The notes under the pieces were generated by a model. The model did no database searches. It was given only the letters and a program-made list of their open reading frames with translations, and was not told where the DNA came from. The position numbers and the translations under genes are program-made. Positions 8,688 through 18,520 of a stretch of DNA of 64,000 nt are shown piece after piece. This DNA comes from a bacterium (GTDB lineage Bacteria > Margulisbacteria > Marinamargulisbacteria > JABIPA01). The stretch spans positions 6,880 through 70,879 of the forward strand of contig JABIQV010000137.1 in assembly GCA_018699495.1 (NCBI GenBank). The letters run 5' to 3'. How positions within the stretch are numbered: the first letter of the stretch is position 1; every line of letters starts with the position of its first letter.

Positions 8688-9977
8688 ATGAAGGAACGAA
8701 TAGCGATTATTGATGGAATAAGAACTCCTCAAGCTAAGGCAGGAGAACAGTTGAGATCTGTTTCTGCTGACGATTTAGGTGCATATGCTTTAAAAGAACT
8801 TTTGGCTAGAACTGAGTTTCCGAAAGAGAACATAGATGAAGTAATAATTGGAAATGTTGCTCAGCCTGCCAATGCTGCAAATATTAGTCGAGTCATCGCG
8901 TTGAAGTCCGGATTCCCTAATTCTATTTCAGCCTTAACGGTGCATAGGAACTGTGCGTCTGGCATGGAGTCTATTACATCGGCAGCTTGTAAAATATTAG
9001 CTGGGCAAGGAAATATTATCGTTGCTGGCGGAACGGAATCGATGTCTCATATTCCGTTATTATACGGGAAAAAAATGACAGCTTTTTTTGAAAAAATGAT
9101 GAGAGCGAAAACGCTAAAACAAAAATTATCTATTTTATCTAGTTTTAGATTGTCTTTTTTAAAACCAATTATAGGCGTTGTTGAAGGACTGACAGATCCT
9201 GTCTGTGGATTGATTATGGGATTAACAGCTGAAAACTTGGCTAGGGAATTTAAGATAAGTCGGGAAGCACAAGACGACTATGCCTTGAATAGTCACTTAA
9301 AAGCACTGGATGCAATAAAAAGTGGACGATTAGCTGAAGAAATTGTTCCGGTACCGCTTCAACCAAAATATGACACCGTCTTGAAAGATGACAAAGGCCC
9401 AAGAGAAGGTCAATCAATGAAGGCGTTATCAAAACTAAGACCTTTTTTTGATAGAAAAGCAGGAACGGTTACCGTTGGAAATTCCTGTCCTTTAACGGAT
9501 GGTGCTGCAATGACGTTATTGATGTCTGAGTCTCGAGCAAAAGAGATTGGCTTAACACCAATGGGCTACTTAAAAGCATTTTCTTATGCCGGGTTAGAGC
9601 CGGAACGAATGGGGTTAGGCCCAGTTTATGCAACGTCAAAATTGCTTGATAACACAGGGTTTACGATGAAAGATTTTGACTTAGTGGAATTAAATGAAGC
9701 GTTTGCTGCACAAGTTATAGGAAACGAATGTGCGTTTAAATCAGATGCGTTCTCTTCAAAATTTTTAGGAAAAGATAAAGCCTTAGGTGAAATTGATCCA
9801 TCTATATTGAACGTAAACGGAGGGGCAATTGCATTGGGCCATCCGGTAGGAACAACGGGTACTCGGTTGGTAATAACGATATTAAAAGAGTTGAAGCGCC
9901 GTAATAAGCAGAGGGGTCTCGCGACCTTATGTATCGGAGGTGGGCAGGGCGCTGCTTTAGCTTTGGAGGTTGACTAG
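8688..9977 (+). CDS. fadA: acetyl-CoA C-acyltransferase (3-ketoacyl-CoA thiolase, FadA-like)
   Basis: Thiolase motifs: active-site Cys in NRNCASGMES and the C-terminal NVNGGAIALGHPVGTTG plus CIGGGQG. RBS ggagg upstream. Confidence 0.85.
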   Translation: MKERIAIIDGIRTPQAKAGEQLRSVSADDLGAYALKELLARTEFPKENIDEVIIGNVAQPANAANISRVIALKSGFPNSISALTVHRNCASGMESITSAACKILAGQGNIIVAGGTESMSHIPLLYGKKMTAFFEKMMRAKTLKQKLSILSSFRLSFLKPIIGVVEGLTDPVCGLIMGLTAENLAREFKISREAQDDYALNSHLKALDAIKSGRLAEEIVPVPLQPKYDTVLKDDKGPREGQSMKALSKLRPFFDRKAGTVTVGNSCPLTDGAAMTLLMSESRAKEIGLTPMGYLKAFSYAGLEPERMGLGPVYATSKLLDNTGFTMKDFDLVELNEAFAAQVIGNECAFKSDAFSSKFLGKDKALGEIDPSILNVNGGAIALGHPVGTTGTRLVITILKELKRRNKQRGLATLCIGGGQGAALALEVD

Positions 9978-12097
9978 TGAAAACAACTAATTTTTCCTTA
10001 ATTACGAAAAACGGGATAGGTAGATTAACATTTGATTTGGAAGATGAAAAAGTAAATAAACTTACAACGCCTGTGATGAAGGAATTAAATAAATTATTAG
10101 ATGAACTGAAGCATAAAAGAGAAATAAAAGTACTTATTTTTTGTAGTGCTAAAAAGGATATCTTTATTGCAGGGGCCGATATCAGGGAAATTCAAGATAT
10201 ATCGGATCCTTCTGAAGGTGAAAATAAGGCGTTAATGGGGCAAGCCGTTTTAAATAAAATCGAGGCGCTCCCATTCCCGACTATTTCAGCAATTGATGGA
10301 GCGGCGTTAGGTGGCGGGTGCGAGTTTGCTTTAGCTTGTACATTTCGAATCGCTTCAGACAATCCAAAAACACAGTTAGGACTTCCTGAAGTAAGTTTAG
10401 GAATTATACCTGGATTTGGCGGAACGCAGCGGTTACCAAGACTTATCGGAGTCAGTAAAGCGATGCCATTGATATTAACAGGTAAATCGATCGACCATAA
10501 AAAATCAGAAAAAATTGGATTGATAGATGCGTTCTATTCTCAGGCATTTTTTGATGATGGCGTAGAATCTTTTGCAAAATCGATCATAGAAGGATCTTCT
10601 GAAAAACGTATTGAAAAAAGGAGAAAGAAGCAATCCTTTTTGATTGATAATACTCCTATTGGACGAGCAATCGTTTATAAAAAGTCTCAAGCATCTGTTT
10701 TAAAGATGACGAAAGGGCATCTTCCAGCCCCTTTGAAAGCAATTAAAGCCGTTAAGTATGGACTAAAAAAGTCATTAGAAAAAGGGCTCATTGTAGAAGC
10801 TCAATATTTTTCAGATTTAGTTGTTACGGATGTCTGTAAAAATTTGATTCAACTATTTTTTACTGGGGAAGAACTGAAAAAGTTTTCTGGTGTAAGAGAC
10901 CAAGTATTAAGTAAACCTGTAACCTTTAAAAACGGTGGTGTTCTTGGTGCCGGTTTAATGGGAGGCGGAATCGCATGGTTATTAAGTTATAGAGGGTTGA
11001 ATGTTCGATTAAAGGATATTGGATGGGATGCCGTTGCAAAGGCATTTCATACGGCTGATAAAATCTATTCTCAGTTGGTAAAAAAACGGCGTATTAAACA
11101 TATAATGAAATCTGTATATATGAATCGATTATCTGCTACCATCACTAACTCAGGCTTTTATCATTCTGACATTATTGTGGAGGCCGTTGTCGAAAATCTG
11201 GACATTAAAAAAAGTGTGTATTCAGAACTTGAGCCTCGCATAAAATCATCGGCCATTATTGCCTCAAATACGTCGGCCTTAGACATAACAGAACTTGCAG
11301 ATGGTTTGAAAAATCCGGAACGTTTTATAGGCATGCATTTTTTTAGTCCAGTAAATAAAATGCCGCTTGTAGAAATTATTCCTGGGGAAAAAACATCTGA
11401 TAAAACCGTGATGGAAACGGTAGCTTTTGTAAAACAATTGAAGAAAACGCCGATTGTTGTTTCGAACTGTCCGGGGTTTTTGATTAATCGGATATTAATG
11501 CCGTATGTTACAGAAGCTATTAAAATGGTTTCAGAAGGTGTGAGTATTAAATTGATTGATAGTGTCGCTGTTAAATTTGGCATGCCGCTTGGTCCGCTCG
11601 AATTGGCGGATGAAGTGGGCTTAGATGTTGGCTATAAAGTGGCAAAAATTTTAGAAGATGGATATGGAGATCGAATGACAGTAGATTCGTTTTTTGAATC
11701 CATTCACAGAAAAAAAGAGTTATTAGGCAAAAAGTCAGGAAAAGGATTTTATATTCATAATAGTGGCAAAAAAGAAGTTAATCCAGAAATTTCACTCGGT
11801 AAAAAAAGCAATTGTTCAGCCTCGATAATCGAAGAACGGTTATTTTTTATTATGATTAATGAAGCGGCTCGATGCATCGATGAAGGTGTTGTCGATAACC
11901 CAAGATTTTTAGATATGGCTATGTTAATGGGGACAGGATTCCCTGTGTTTAGAGGAGGCCTGTGTCGATATGCCGACACGATCGGTGCATCATTAATAGT
12001 TGATAGGCTAACGTCTTTAGAAGAAACGTGTGGGAATCGGTTTAATCCTGCAGATTTATTGATAACGTATAGAGACGAACGTAAGAGTTTTTATTAA
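9977..12097 (+). CDS. fadB: fatty-acid oxidation complex alpha subunit (enoyl-CoA hydratase / 3-hydroxyacyl-CoA dehydrogenase, FadB/FadJ-like)
   Basis: N-terminal crotonase fold (AIDGAALGGGCEFALAC), central NAD Rossmann (GVLGAGLMGGGIA), C-terminal 3HCDH domains. GTG start with a ggagg RBS. 706 aa. Confidence 0.85.
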   Translation: MKTTNFSLITKNGIGRLTFDLEDEKVNKLTTPVMKELNKLLDELKHKREIKVLIFCSAKKDIFIAGADIREIQDISDPSEGENKALMGQAVLNKIEALPFPTISAIDGAALGGGCEFALACTFRIASDNPKTQLGLPEVSLGIIPGFGGTQRLPRLIGVSKAMPLILTGKSIDHKKSEKIGLIDAFYSQAFFDDGVESFAKSIIEGSSEKRIEKRRKKQSFLIDNTPIGRAIVYKKSQASVLKMTKGHLPAPLKAIKAVKYGLKKSLEKGLIVEAQYFSDLVVTDVCKNLIQLFFTGEELKKFSGVRDQVLSKPVTFKNGGVLGAGLMGGGIAWLLSYRGLNVRLKDIGWDAVAKAFHTADKIYSQLVKKRRIKHIMKSVYMNRLSATITNSGFYHSDIIVEAVVENLDIKKSVYSELEPRIKSSAIIASNTSALDITELADGLKNPERFIGMHFFSPVNKMPLVEIIPGEKTSDKTVMETVAFVKQLKKTPIVVSNCPGFLINRILMPYVTEAIKMVSEGVSIKLIDSVAVKFGMPLGPLELADEVGLDVGYKVAKILEDGYGDRMTVDSFFESIHRKKELLGKKSGKGFYIHNSGKKEVNPEISLGKKSNCSASIIEERLFFIMINEAARCIDEGVVDNPRFLDMAMLMGTGFPVFRGGLCRYADTIGASLIVDRLTSLEETCGNRFNPADLLITYRDERKSFY

Positions 12098-12158
12098 GAG
12101 TGTTTGGACAACTTGGCGCGTGGGTATAGCTAAGTATAAATGATCAGGAGGATCCTAT

Positions 12159-14057
12159 TTGAAAATATCAGATAATCTCGAGAAACAAGCTGCGTTGGAT
12201 TTAACGGAGGATTCGAGAGAAGAAGAATGGAAGTTTGAAAGTTTTGTTGGTGAGCTATTTAAGGGGAATTTTAGATGGGATTTAATTCATCCTTATCGCG
12301 TACAACCTGAAGCGGACAAAAAAATTGGGGATAAGGTTTGTTCTGAGTTAGAGGGTGTATTAAAAGAATATATTGATCCAGATGCAGTTGATAAAAATGA
12401 AGAGGTTCCAGAGTCAGCCTTAAATGCATTGAAAAAGCATGGGTATTTTGGAATGAAAATTCCAAAGGAATATGGAGGTATGGGTTTATCTGTCGTAAAT
12501 TATACCCGAGCAATGGCTTTGGTGGGAAGTTATTGTGGATCAACAGCTGTATGGTTATCCGCACATCAGAGTATTGGGGTGCCGCAACCTCTAAAAATGT
12601 TTGGGACAAAAAGTCAAAAAGAAAAGTATTTTCCTCAATTAGCAAAAGGAGCTGTATCGGCATTTGCTTTAACGGAACCAGATGTAGGATCCGATCCCGC
12701 AAAAATGACCACAACAGCGACCCCTGTAGATGGGGGTGACAATTATTTAATCAATGGAGATAAATTATATATTACAAATGGTCCAGTGGCAGATTTGCTC
12801 ATTGTTATGGCAATGACACCTTCTATAATTGTTGATGGAAAAGAACGAAAACAAATTACTGCTTTTATAGTGCCTACGGATGACCCTGGGTTCGACGTAA
12901 TTCATGAATGTTCGTTTATGGGGATAAGAGGAATAAAAAATGGGTGGCTAAGATTTACAAATGTTAAGGTATCAAAGACGGATATTATTGGGCCTCTTGG
13001 TAAAGGATTAAAAGTTGCATTAGCCACATTAAATACAGGGCGATTAACGATTCCTGCAATATCAACAGCATCTGGAAAAGCGTGTATGGTAATGACAAAG
13101 CATTGGGTAAATGAACGTGTTCAATGGGGTAACAAAATTGGTAACCATCAGGCCGTTCAAATTAAATTGGCAAAAATGGCCGCTGACACATTTGCCATGG
13201 AAAGTATTTCTGACTTAACAGCGGTATGGGCGGATAATGAAAATGCTGATATCCGGTTAGAAGCAGCTATGGCAAAGTATTTCGGCTCTGAAGTTTCGTG
13301 TGCGATAGCCGATGAAACGCTTCAAATTCGAGGTGGACGAGGGTTTGAAACGGCTGAGTCATTAAGAGCAAGAGGAGAATCTCCTTTTCCAGTCGAAAGA
13401 ATGGTAAGAGATTTAAGAATTAATCGGATAATAGAAGGTACTAGCGAAATTATGCAGCTTTTTATTGCAAGAGAAGCGATGGACGTTCATATAAAATTTA
13501 TAATGGGAATATTAAGCCCTAAAAAAGGAACGTCTTTATTAGGGGCTTTTTGGAAGGCAATAAAGTTTTATAGTATTTGGTATCCAAAACAATGGGTTCG
13601 TTTACCAAAATTATATAATGTAAATGGATTGTCACGGGCAAATCGGTGTCATCTGACATATATTTCAAAGACGAGCAAAAAATTGGCGAGGGCCTTGTTT
13701 CATACCATGGGTAAATATCAGACTAAACTTGAAAAGGAACAAATGATTTTGGCAAAATTTGTCGATATTGGAACGGATTTATTTGCAATGTCAGCAAGTT
13801 TGGCTCATGCAGAGTATCTCCTATCTCAAGATAATGCAGATAAAAATATTCAAAACGTCGTCAACCTTTTTTGCACGCAGGCAAGGCATCGGATTAAATC
13901 AAATTTTAAACTAGTTTCAAAAAAGGATCGTAAGTTGATTCAGGTGGTGAGCCAATGGTTGGTAGACGGTGATATTTCAGAACGAACGCAAGGAATTGTT
14001 CAGCCCGAAATTGTTTCTCAAAAAAACGGCCCAGAAACCAGCCCAAAAAATGGCTAG
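12159..14057 (+). CDS. acyl-CoA dehydrogenase with C-terminal extension (FadE-like)
   Basis: ACAD N/M/C domains (FALTEPDVGSDPA, ...QIRGGRGFE... catalytic region) plus about 200-aa C-terminal extension as in bacterial FadE. TTG start with a caggagga RBS. Confidence 0.85.
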   Translation: MKISDNLEKQAALDLTEDSREEEWKFESFVGELFKGNFRWDLIHPYRVQPEADKKIGDKVCSELEGVLKEYIDPDAVDKNEEVPESALNALKKHGYFGMKIPKEYGGMGLSVVNYTRAMALVGSYCGSTAVWLSAHQSIGVPQPLKMFGTKSQKEKYFPQLAKGAVSAFALTEPDVGSDPAKMTTTATPVDGGDNYLINGDKLYITNGPVADLLIVMAMTPSIIVDGKERKQITAFIVPTDDPGFDVIHECSFMGIRGIKNGWLRFTNVKVSKTDIIGPLGKGLKVALATLNTGRLTIPAISTASGKACMVMTKHWVNERVQWGNKIGNHQAVQIKLAKMAADTFAMESISDLTAVWADNENADIRLEAAMAKYFGSEVSCAIADETLQIRGGRGFETAESLRARGESPFPVERMVRDLRINRIIEGTSEIMQLFIAREAMDVHIKFIMGILSPKKGTSLLGAFWKAIKFYSIWYPKQWVRLPKLYNVNGLSRANRCHLTYISKTSKKLARALFHTMGKYQTKLEKEQMILAKFVDIGTDLFAMSASLAHAEYLLSQDNADKNIQNVVNLFCTQARHRIKSNFKLVSKKDRKLIQVVSQWLVDGDISERTQGIVQPEIVSQKNGPETSPKNG

Positions 14058-15195
14058 AGATGACGTAAAAAGAGCTTACGATATGGCGTTGATAACGCTT
14101 CGGAATCGTTATGATGTTAAAGGGATATTAGCAGGGAAGAATCATTTTTCCGATTTGTGGGCACGTGACTGTTGTTTTGCAGCAATGGGAAGTTTAAGCA
14201 TCGGAGATTCTGACATTGTCGAGAGAAGTTTAAATACATTATTTTCGAATATAAGTTCGGATGGACAAGTTCCTTTACGGGTTGGTCAAAAACATTTCAT
14301 GTTGAAGTACTTGTTTAAAATGCAGGGAAATAATCAACCCCGATACACAGAAGATAAAAACGTTTCGTTGTCAGTAGATAACAATCCTTTGTCAATTATT
14401 GTGGCGAGTCGGTGTTATTTGGGGTCTTCTAATTTAGGGCGAGCCAAAAAAAATTATCCAATTATGAAACAAATTATCGATTGGCAGTTTTCTCAAGATA
14501 AAGACAATGATGGACTTATAGAAGAAGGGTTTTATGCCGGTTGGGCAGATAGCCTCAAAAAACATGGGAATGTTTTTTATACGAATGTTTTACATTATAA
14601 ATCGTTAGTTGAAATGTCTAAACTAGCGGAAGCCTTAGGTAACGATGACGACAGCAAATTATATGGGGATTTATCGGAATCAGTGAGAGTAAGGATTCAA
14701 GAAAAGTTTTGGAACGGAAACTATTTTATCGATTGGATTGATTCAAGAAAGCGAGAGTTTTTTTCAACAGACGGTAATATGCTTGCTATTATTTTTGGGG
14801 TAGCTGATCAGAAACAGGGTAAACAAATTATGTCATTTGTTCGTGAAAATAAGCTAAATCAGAAAGAAGGGGTAAGAACCAATTTTCCTGTTTATCCCGA
14901 CCATCACGTTTACCCCTTATTTCGATTAATCAATATGAAAGATTACCACAATGGGATGGTGTGGTTATGGTTGGGAGGGATTTATGCAATTGCTCTATCT
15001 ACTCTTGGATTAAAAGAAGAAGCGGAAGAAACTATTAAAAATATATCAACCCAAATTATTAAATATAATGAAGTATATGAAGTTTATGAAGATGGAAAGC
15101 CTGTAAATAGATTATTTTATAAGAGTGAAGATGGATTTGCTTGGACGTCCGGAATCTTTGTATGGGCCTGTCATGAAGTCGGTATGATTTCTTGA
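14050..15195 (+). CDS. six-hairpin glycosidase, amylo-alpha-1,6-glucosidase (GDE_C)-like
   Basis: Motifs LWARDCCFAAMGS, DGQVPLRVGQ, GWADSLKKHGNVFYTNVL and HNGMVWLWLGG are typical of (alpha/alpha)6 GDE_C/GH63-like hydrolases. ATG at 14050 overlaps the acyl-CoA dehydrogenase stop by 8 nt. Confidence 0.5.
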   Translation: MARDDVKRAYDMALITLRNRYDVKGILAGKNHFSDLWARDCCFAAMGSLSIGDSDIVERSLNTLFSNISSDGQVPLRVGQKHFMLKYLFKMQGNNQPRYTEDKNVSLSVDNNPLSIIVASRCYLGSSNLGRAKKNYPIMKQIIDWQFSQDKDNDGLIEEGFYAGWADSLKKHGNVFYTNVLHYKSLVEMSKLAEALGNDDDSKLYGDLSESVRVRIQEKFWNGNYFIDWIDSRKREFFSTDGNMLAIIFGVADQKQGKQIMSFVRENKLNQKEGVRTNFPVYPDHHVYPLFRLINMKDYHNGMVWLWLGGIYAIALSTLGLKEEAEETIKNISTQIIKYNEVYEVYEDGKPVNRLFYKSEDGFAWTSGIFVWACHEVGMIS

Positions 15196-15704
15196 TTTAA
15201 AGTTTTAATATGCAACTCAAGTCGAGTGGCGACTTGATAGAAATTATATGGAGATCCAATGTCAAATACACTATTCGCATACACTGAGTACAAAGAAAGT
15301 CTCTCTTTGTGCACCTCTTCTACAGATTTATTTGCAAGTCCAATGACCCCTCTGTTCTCATAGTTTTCGATTCTACTCTTTATGTTTTCAATCGAGTCTT
15401 TGAGGTAAATTATGTGTGATATTGATTGAAGGTGAGCCATTGCTTTTTTTGAATAAACACAGCTTCCCCCGGTTGCTATAAGAGTTGGTAATTCAAATGA
15501 TAATCCACAAATGGCTCTTTCTTCTTCTTCAAGAAATTTGTCTTCCCCATTTTGTTGAATAAACAAAGGAAAGCTCATTTTTAGATTCTTTCTAAGAATT
15601 GCATCTGTATCAATTTGGCCAGACTGAAGAGTTTTTGACACATGTTTTGAGAGACTGGTTTTTCCGACACCAGACATTCCAATGAGAGTAATCGTTTGTT
15701 TCAT
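15171..15704 (-). CDS. aroK: shikimate kinase
   Basis: Walker A LIGMSGVGKTSLSK, DTD motif (QIDTDAIL) and IATGGS core of shikimate kinases. 177 aa. Confidence 0.6.
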   Translation of the reverse strand: MKQTITLIGMSGVGKTSLSKHVSKTLQSGQIDTDAILRKNLKMSFPLFIQQNGEDKFLEEEERAICGLSFELPTLIATGGSCVYSKKAMAHLQSISHIIYLKDSIENIKSRIENYENRGVIGLANKSVEEVHKERLSLYSVYANSVFDIGSPYNFYQVATRLELHIKTLNQEIIPTS

Positions 15705-15790
15705 ATTAACCTATTGTAAAATTATTTTAAGATTTGTTCTATGGTATGATTAATATTCATAAATTGAACAATGAATTAGGAGAATAAATA

Positions 15791-16189
15791 ATGTCCAATA
15801 TAAGTACTACTATTGAAGAAATTAAAACAGAGAAGGCTGCTCTTCCATTAGGACATTACGCTCAAGCCGTAGCACATAATGGTATTTTATACGTATCAGG
15901 TCAATTGCCTATTGATCCTTTGAATACGGACTCTAAAATTGAGGGAATAAAAGAACAAACATTACAGACGCTAAAAAACTTGGAAGCCGTTTTATTGGCT
16001 GGGGGGAGTAGCATAGAAAATGTTTTAAAATGTACAATTTTTATTTCAGATATTAGTCTTTGGGCTGATGCAAATGAAGTGTATGGAACATTTTTTGGAG
16101 AGCATCGCCCGGCAAGATCCGCGGTTCCAACGAAAGACCTACCAAGAGGTTTTTTTATTGAAATTGAAGCAATAGCTGCTCAAAAATAG
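15791..16189 (+). CDS. ridA: RidA/YjgF family reactive-intermediate deaminase
   Basis: 132 aa. C-terminal PARSAVPTKDLPRGFFIEIEAIA signature of the YjgF/RidA family. Confidence 0.85.
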   Translation: MSNISTTIEEIKTEKAALPLGHYAQAVAHNGILYVSGQLPIDPLNTDSKIEGIKEQTLQTLKNLEAVLLAGGSSIENVLKCTIFISDISLWADANEVYGTFFGEHRPARSAVPTKDLPRGFFIEIEAIAAQK

Positions 16190-16193
16190 AATT

Positions 16194-17114
16194 ATGTATA
16201 CATCTGTTTCAATTCAGGACGGAATAGAATATCTACCTTCTTTTTTTTCTGATATTTATAAATACTTCGATACGGAAGAATCAATAGCGGCTGTCAAAGA
16301 TGCTTTTGAAAAAAAAATTGATTTAATTAAAACTGGCAAAATTGAAGGCAGACTAATACTAAAAGATAATAGCCCTGTGGGGTTTGGATGGGTAGAGCTC
16401 ACAGCTCCTGCTTATGGGAACATGATGTTACATTGTTACGATGATGAAACTGCGGCTAAATTGGCAGAAGACTTTGTAGACCAAAAATTGGTCAAAGGCC
16501 GTTTGTTGGAACTCGTTCAGTTTAAATCAACGACGCCTTATATAAACATTTTCGACAGATATAAGATGCATAGAAATTTTAGACAACGAATGGGTATTTC
16601 CTTGGATTCAGAGAAATGGCTTCATCCGTCACTACCTTCCGATCTTACCTATGAAGAGATGGATGAATCAACTATTTCTGATACAGGGACACTCAGCTAT
16701 TTGGCGCATCAAATTAGTCAGGATCAACAAGGATACGAAGGGTTATACAGTATCCAAAATAGAGTGAAGCTAGAAAAAAGTGTATTAGCTAATGAAAGGG
16801 GTAAATTCAATCCGACGGCTAGCTTTGTTTTAAAATTAAAGGATGAAATTGTTGGGTTCGTTACGATCATTGATATAACGTGTTGGGGATATGAGAGAGT
16901 TCCTTGGGTTTTTGATATAGCGGTTAGCCCTAAATATCATGGGCAGGGATTTGGGAAACAGTTGATGTTGGAATGTATGGCTCGTTTAACGGATATGGAC
17001 TATCCAGTGATTGGTCTGGCGGTAACTGTTTCAAATGAAAACGCCAGAAAATTGTACGAAAAATTAGGGTACCAACTTGTTGAACAGTTTTATGAATTTA
17101 TAGATTTATCGTGA
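16194..17114 (+). CDS. GNAT family N-acetyltransferase (tandem GNAT folds, C-terminal one intact)
   Basis: C-terminal acetyl-CoA binding motif VSPKYHGQGFGKQLMLECMARL...NARKLYEKLGY. The N-terminal half looks like a degenerate GNAT. Confidence 0.6.
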   Translation: MYTSVSIQDGIEYLPSFFSDIYKYFDTEESIAAVKDAFEKKIDLIKTGKIEGRLILKDNSPVGFGWVELTAPAYGNMMLHCYDDETAAKLAEDFVDQKLVKGRLLELVQFKSTTPYINIFDRYKMHRNFRQRMGISLDSEKWLHPSLPSDLTYEEMDESTISDTGTLSYLAHQISQDQQGYEGLYSIQNRVKLEKSVLANERGKFNPTASFVLKLKDEIVGFVTIIDITCWGYERVPWVFDIAVSPKYHGQGFGKQLMLECMARLTDMDYPVIGLAVTVSNENARKLYEKLGYQLVEQFYEFIDLS

Positions 17115-18520
17115 ATTTTCAGAAAAAAAAAGATAAAGAAGTAAGAATTTTAGTGCAACGAGCCGACCGATTAGGCGATGTTGTTTTTTCTTTACCTGTT
17201 TTGGAGCGGATAAAACAAAATTATCCTTCAGCAACCATTGATTTTTTGACCTCAAAGATAGGGAACGATTTTGTAAACGGGCATCCATTGATCAACCAAA
17301 CGATAGTAAGCCCAGAGAATCCATTAAAGACAGTATTTGTAAATTATCTAAAAAGCAGAGAGTATGATTTTTATATTTCTTTGTGGAATGAGCCAAAATT
17401 TGCATATTTGGGGAAACGGGTAGGAATTCCGTGCCGCATCGGGGATTCTTCAAATTTGAGCTTGAAATGGCTGTATACACATCCTGTACATCAAAATTGG
17501 AGAGATTTTACTAAACATCAAATCGAATTTAATTTGGATTTATTAAAACCTTTAAAATGTGGAGAGGGACCCATTATAAAGTCGATCCCTACATCTCCAA
17601 TAATTGATGATGATGTTTGCTCAAAAATAAAACTCGTTAACGCTGAATCCCTTCAGGTTATTTTAATATTCATAGGAACAGGAGGGTCGAATGCTCCAAT
17701 TCCAGAACATGAAATAAAACGGTTAGTGGACGTGTTGAGTAACAAGGATGCCTTTTTTATTATTTTATGTGGCGAAAATTCGGACATACTTTCTAAAGTG
17801 GAGGGTCCAAAAATACTAAATTTATTGGGTAACACAAGTTTAAAAGAGCTTGTTTCGTATATTAAATTTTGTGATTTTTATATTGGCCCAGATACAGGGC
17901 CTTCTCATATCGCCTCCTTTTTCAATAAACCACTTTTATTTTTTTGTGCAAGAAAACCAAACGCACCAACCCGATTTGGGCCAATGTCGACTTATTTTAA
18001 AATTATTCGAAAAGATTATTCATGCCCTTATTTTTGCCAGAGTAGAAAATGTACAATCTCTTGTTTTCCATATGTGACAGCAAATGTCTTACATCATGAA
18101 CTAACAAAAATTGTACTCGAAAATAGAGGGAAGAAACCTGTTTTTTCCGAGTCAGCAATCAAAACGATTCATATGCTTAACTCGGTAAGAGTTATGTATT
18201 TGGTGAACAATCGATTTGATTTTATGAGAAGTAAAAAAGCCATTGAAAAAGCCACGAGCAGGGGCTTAATCATTTTTCCTTATTTGGTTAGGAAATCTAA
18301 AACCATCGATATGATGAGGTTTGCTATAAAGAAGAATATTAATGTTATCCAAAGTCATAATCAAATGTCTGTTTTTCCGCGTTTAATACAGTTTTATGTA
18401 GGCGTCATAAGACAGTACATAAAACCAATATATGTTCACCAACCCTTTATAGAAGATGTGTCAAATAGAGATTATTTAGACATGTATACCAAAGAATGGG
18501 ATAGGGTTTCTAGGCGGTGA
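17111..18520 (+). CDS. glycosyltransferase family 9 (ADP-heptose:LPS heptosyltransferase-like) with about 130-aa C-terminal extension
   Basis: RILVQRADRLGDVVFSLPVLERIK N-terminus and the GTGGSNA / GPDTGPSHIA motifs of GT9 heptosyltransferases. GTG start overlapping the upstream gene by 4 nt. Confidence 0.7.
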   Translation: MNFQKKKDKEVRILVQRADRLGDVVFSLPVLERIKQNYPSATIDFLTSKIGNDFVNGHPLINQTIVSPENPLKTVFVNYLKSREYDFYISLWNEPKFAYLGKRVGIPCRIGDSSNLSLKWLYTHPVHQNWRDFTKHQIEFNLDLLKPLKCGEGPIIKSIPTSPIIDDDVCSKIKLVNAESLQVILIFIGTGGSNAPIPEHEIKRLVDVLSNKDAFFIILCGENSDILSKVEGPKILNLLGNTSLKELVSYIKFCDFYIGPDTGPSHIASFFNKPLLFFCARKPNAPTRFGPMSTYFKIIRKDYSCPYFCQSRKCTISCFPYVTANVLHHELTKIVLENRGKKPVFSESAIKTIHMLNSVRVMYLVNNRFDFMRSKKAIEKATSRGLIIFPYLVRKSKTIDMMRFAIKKNINVIQSHNQMSVFPRLIQFYVGVIRQYIKPIYVHQPFIEDVSNRDYLDMYTKEWDRVSRR

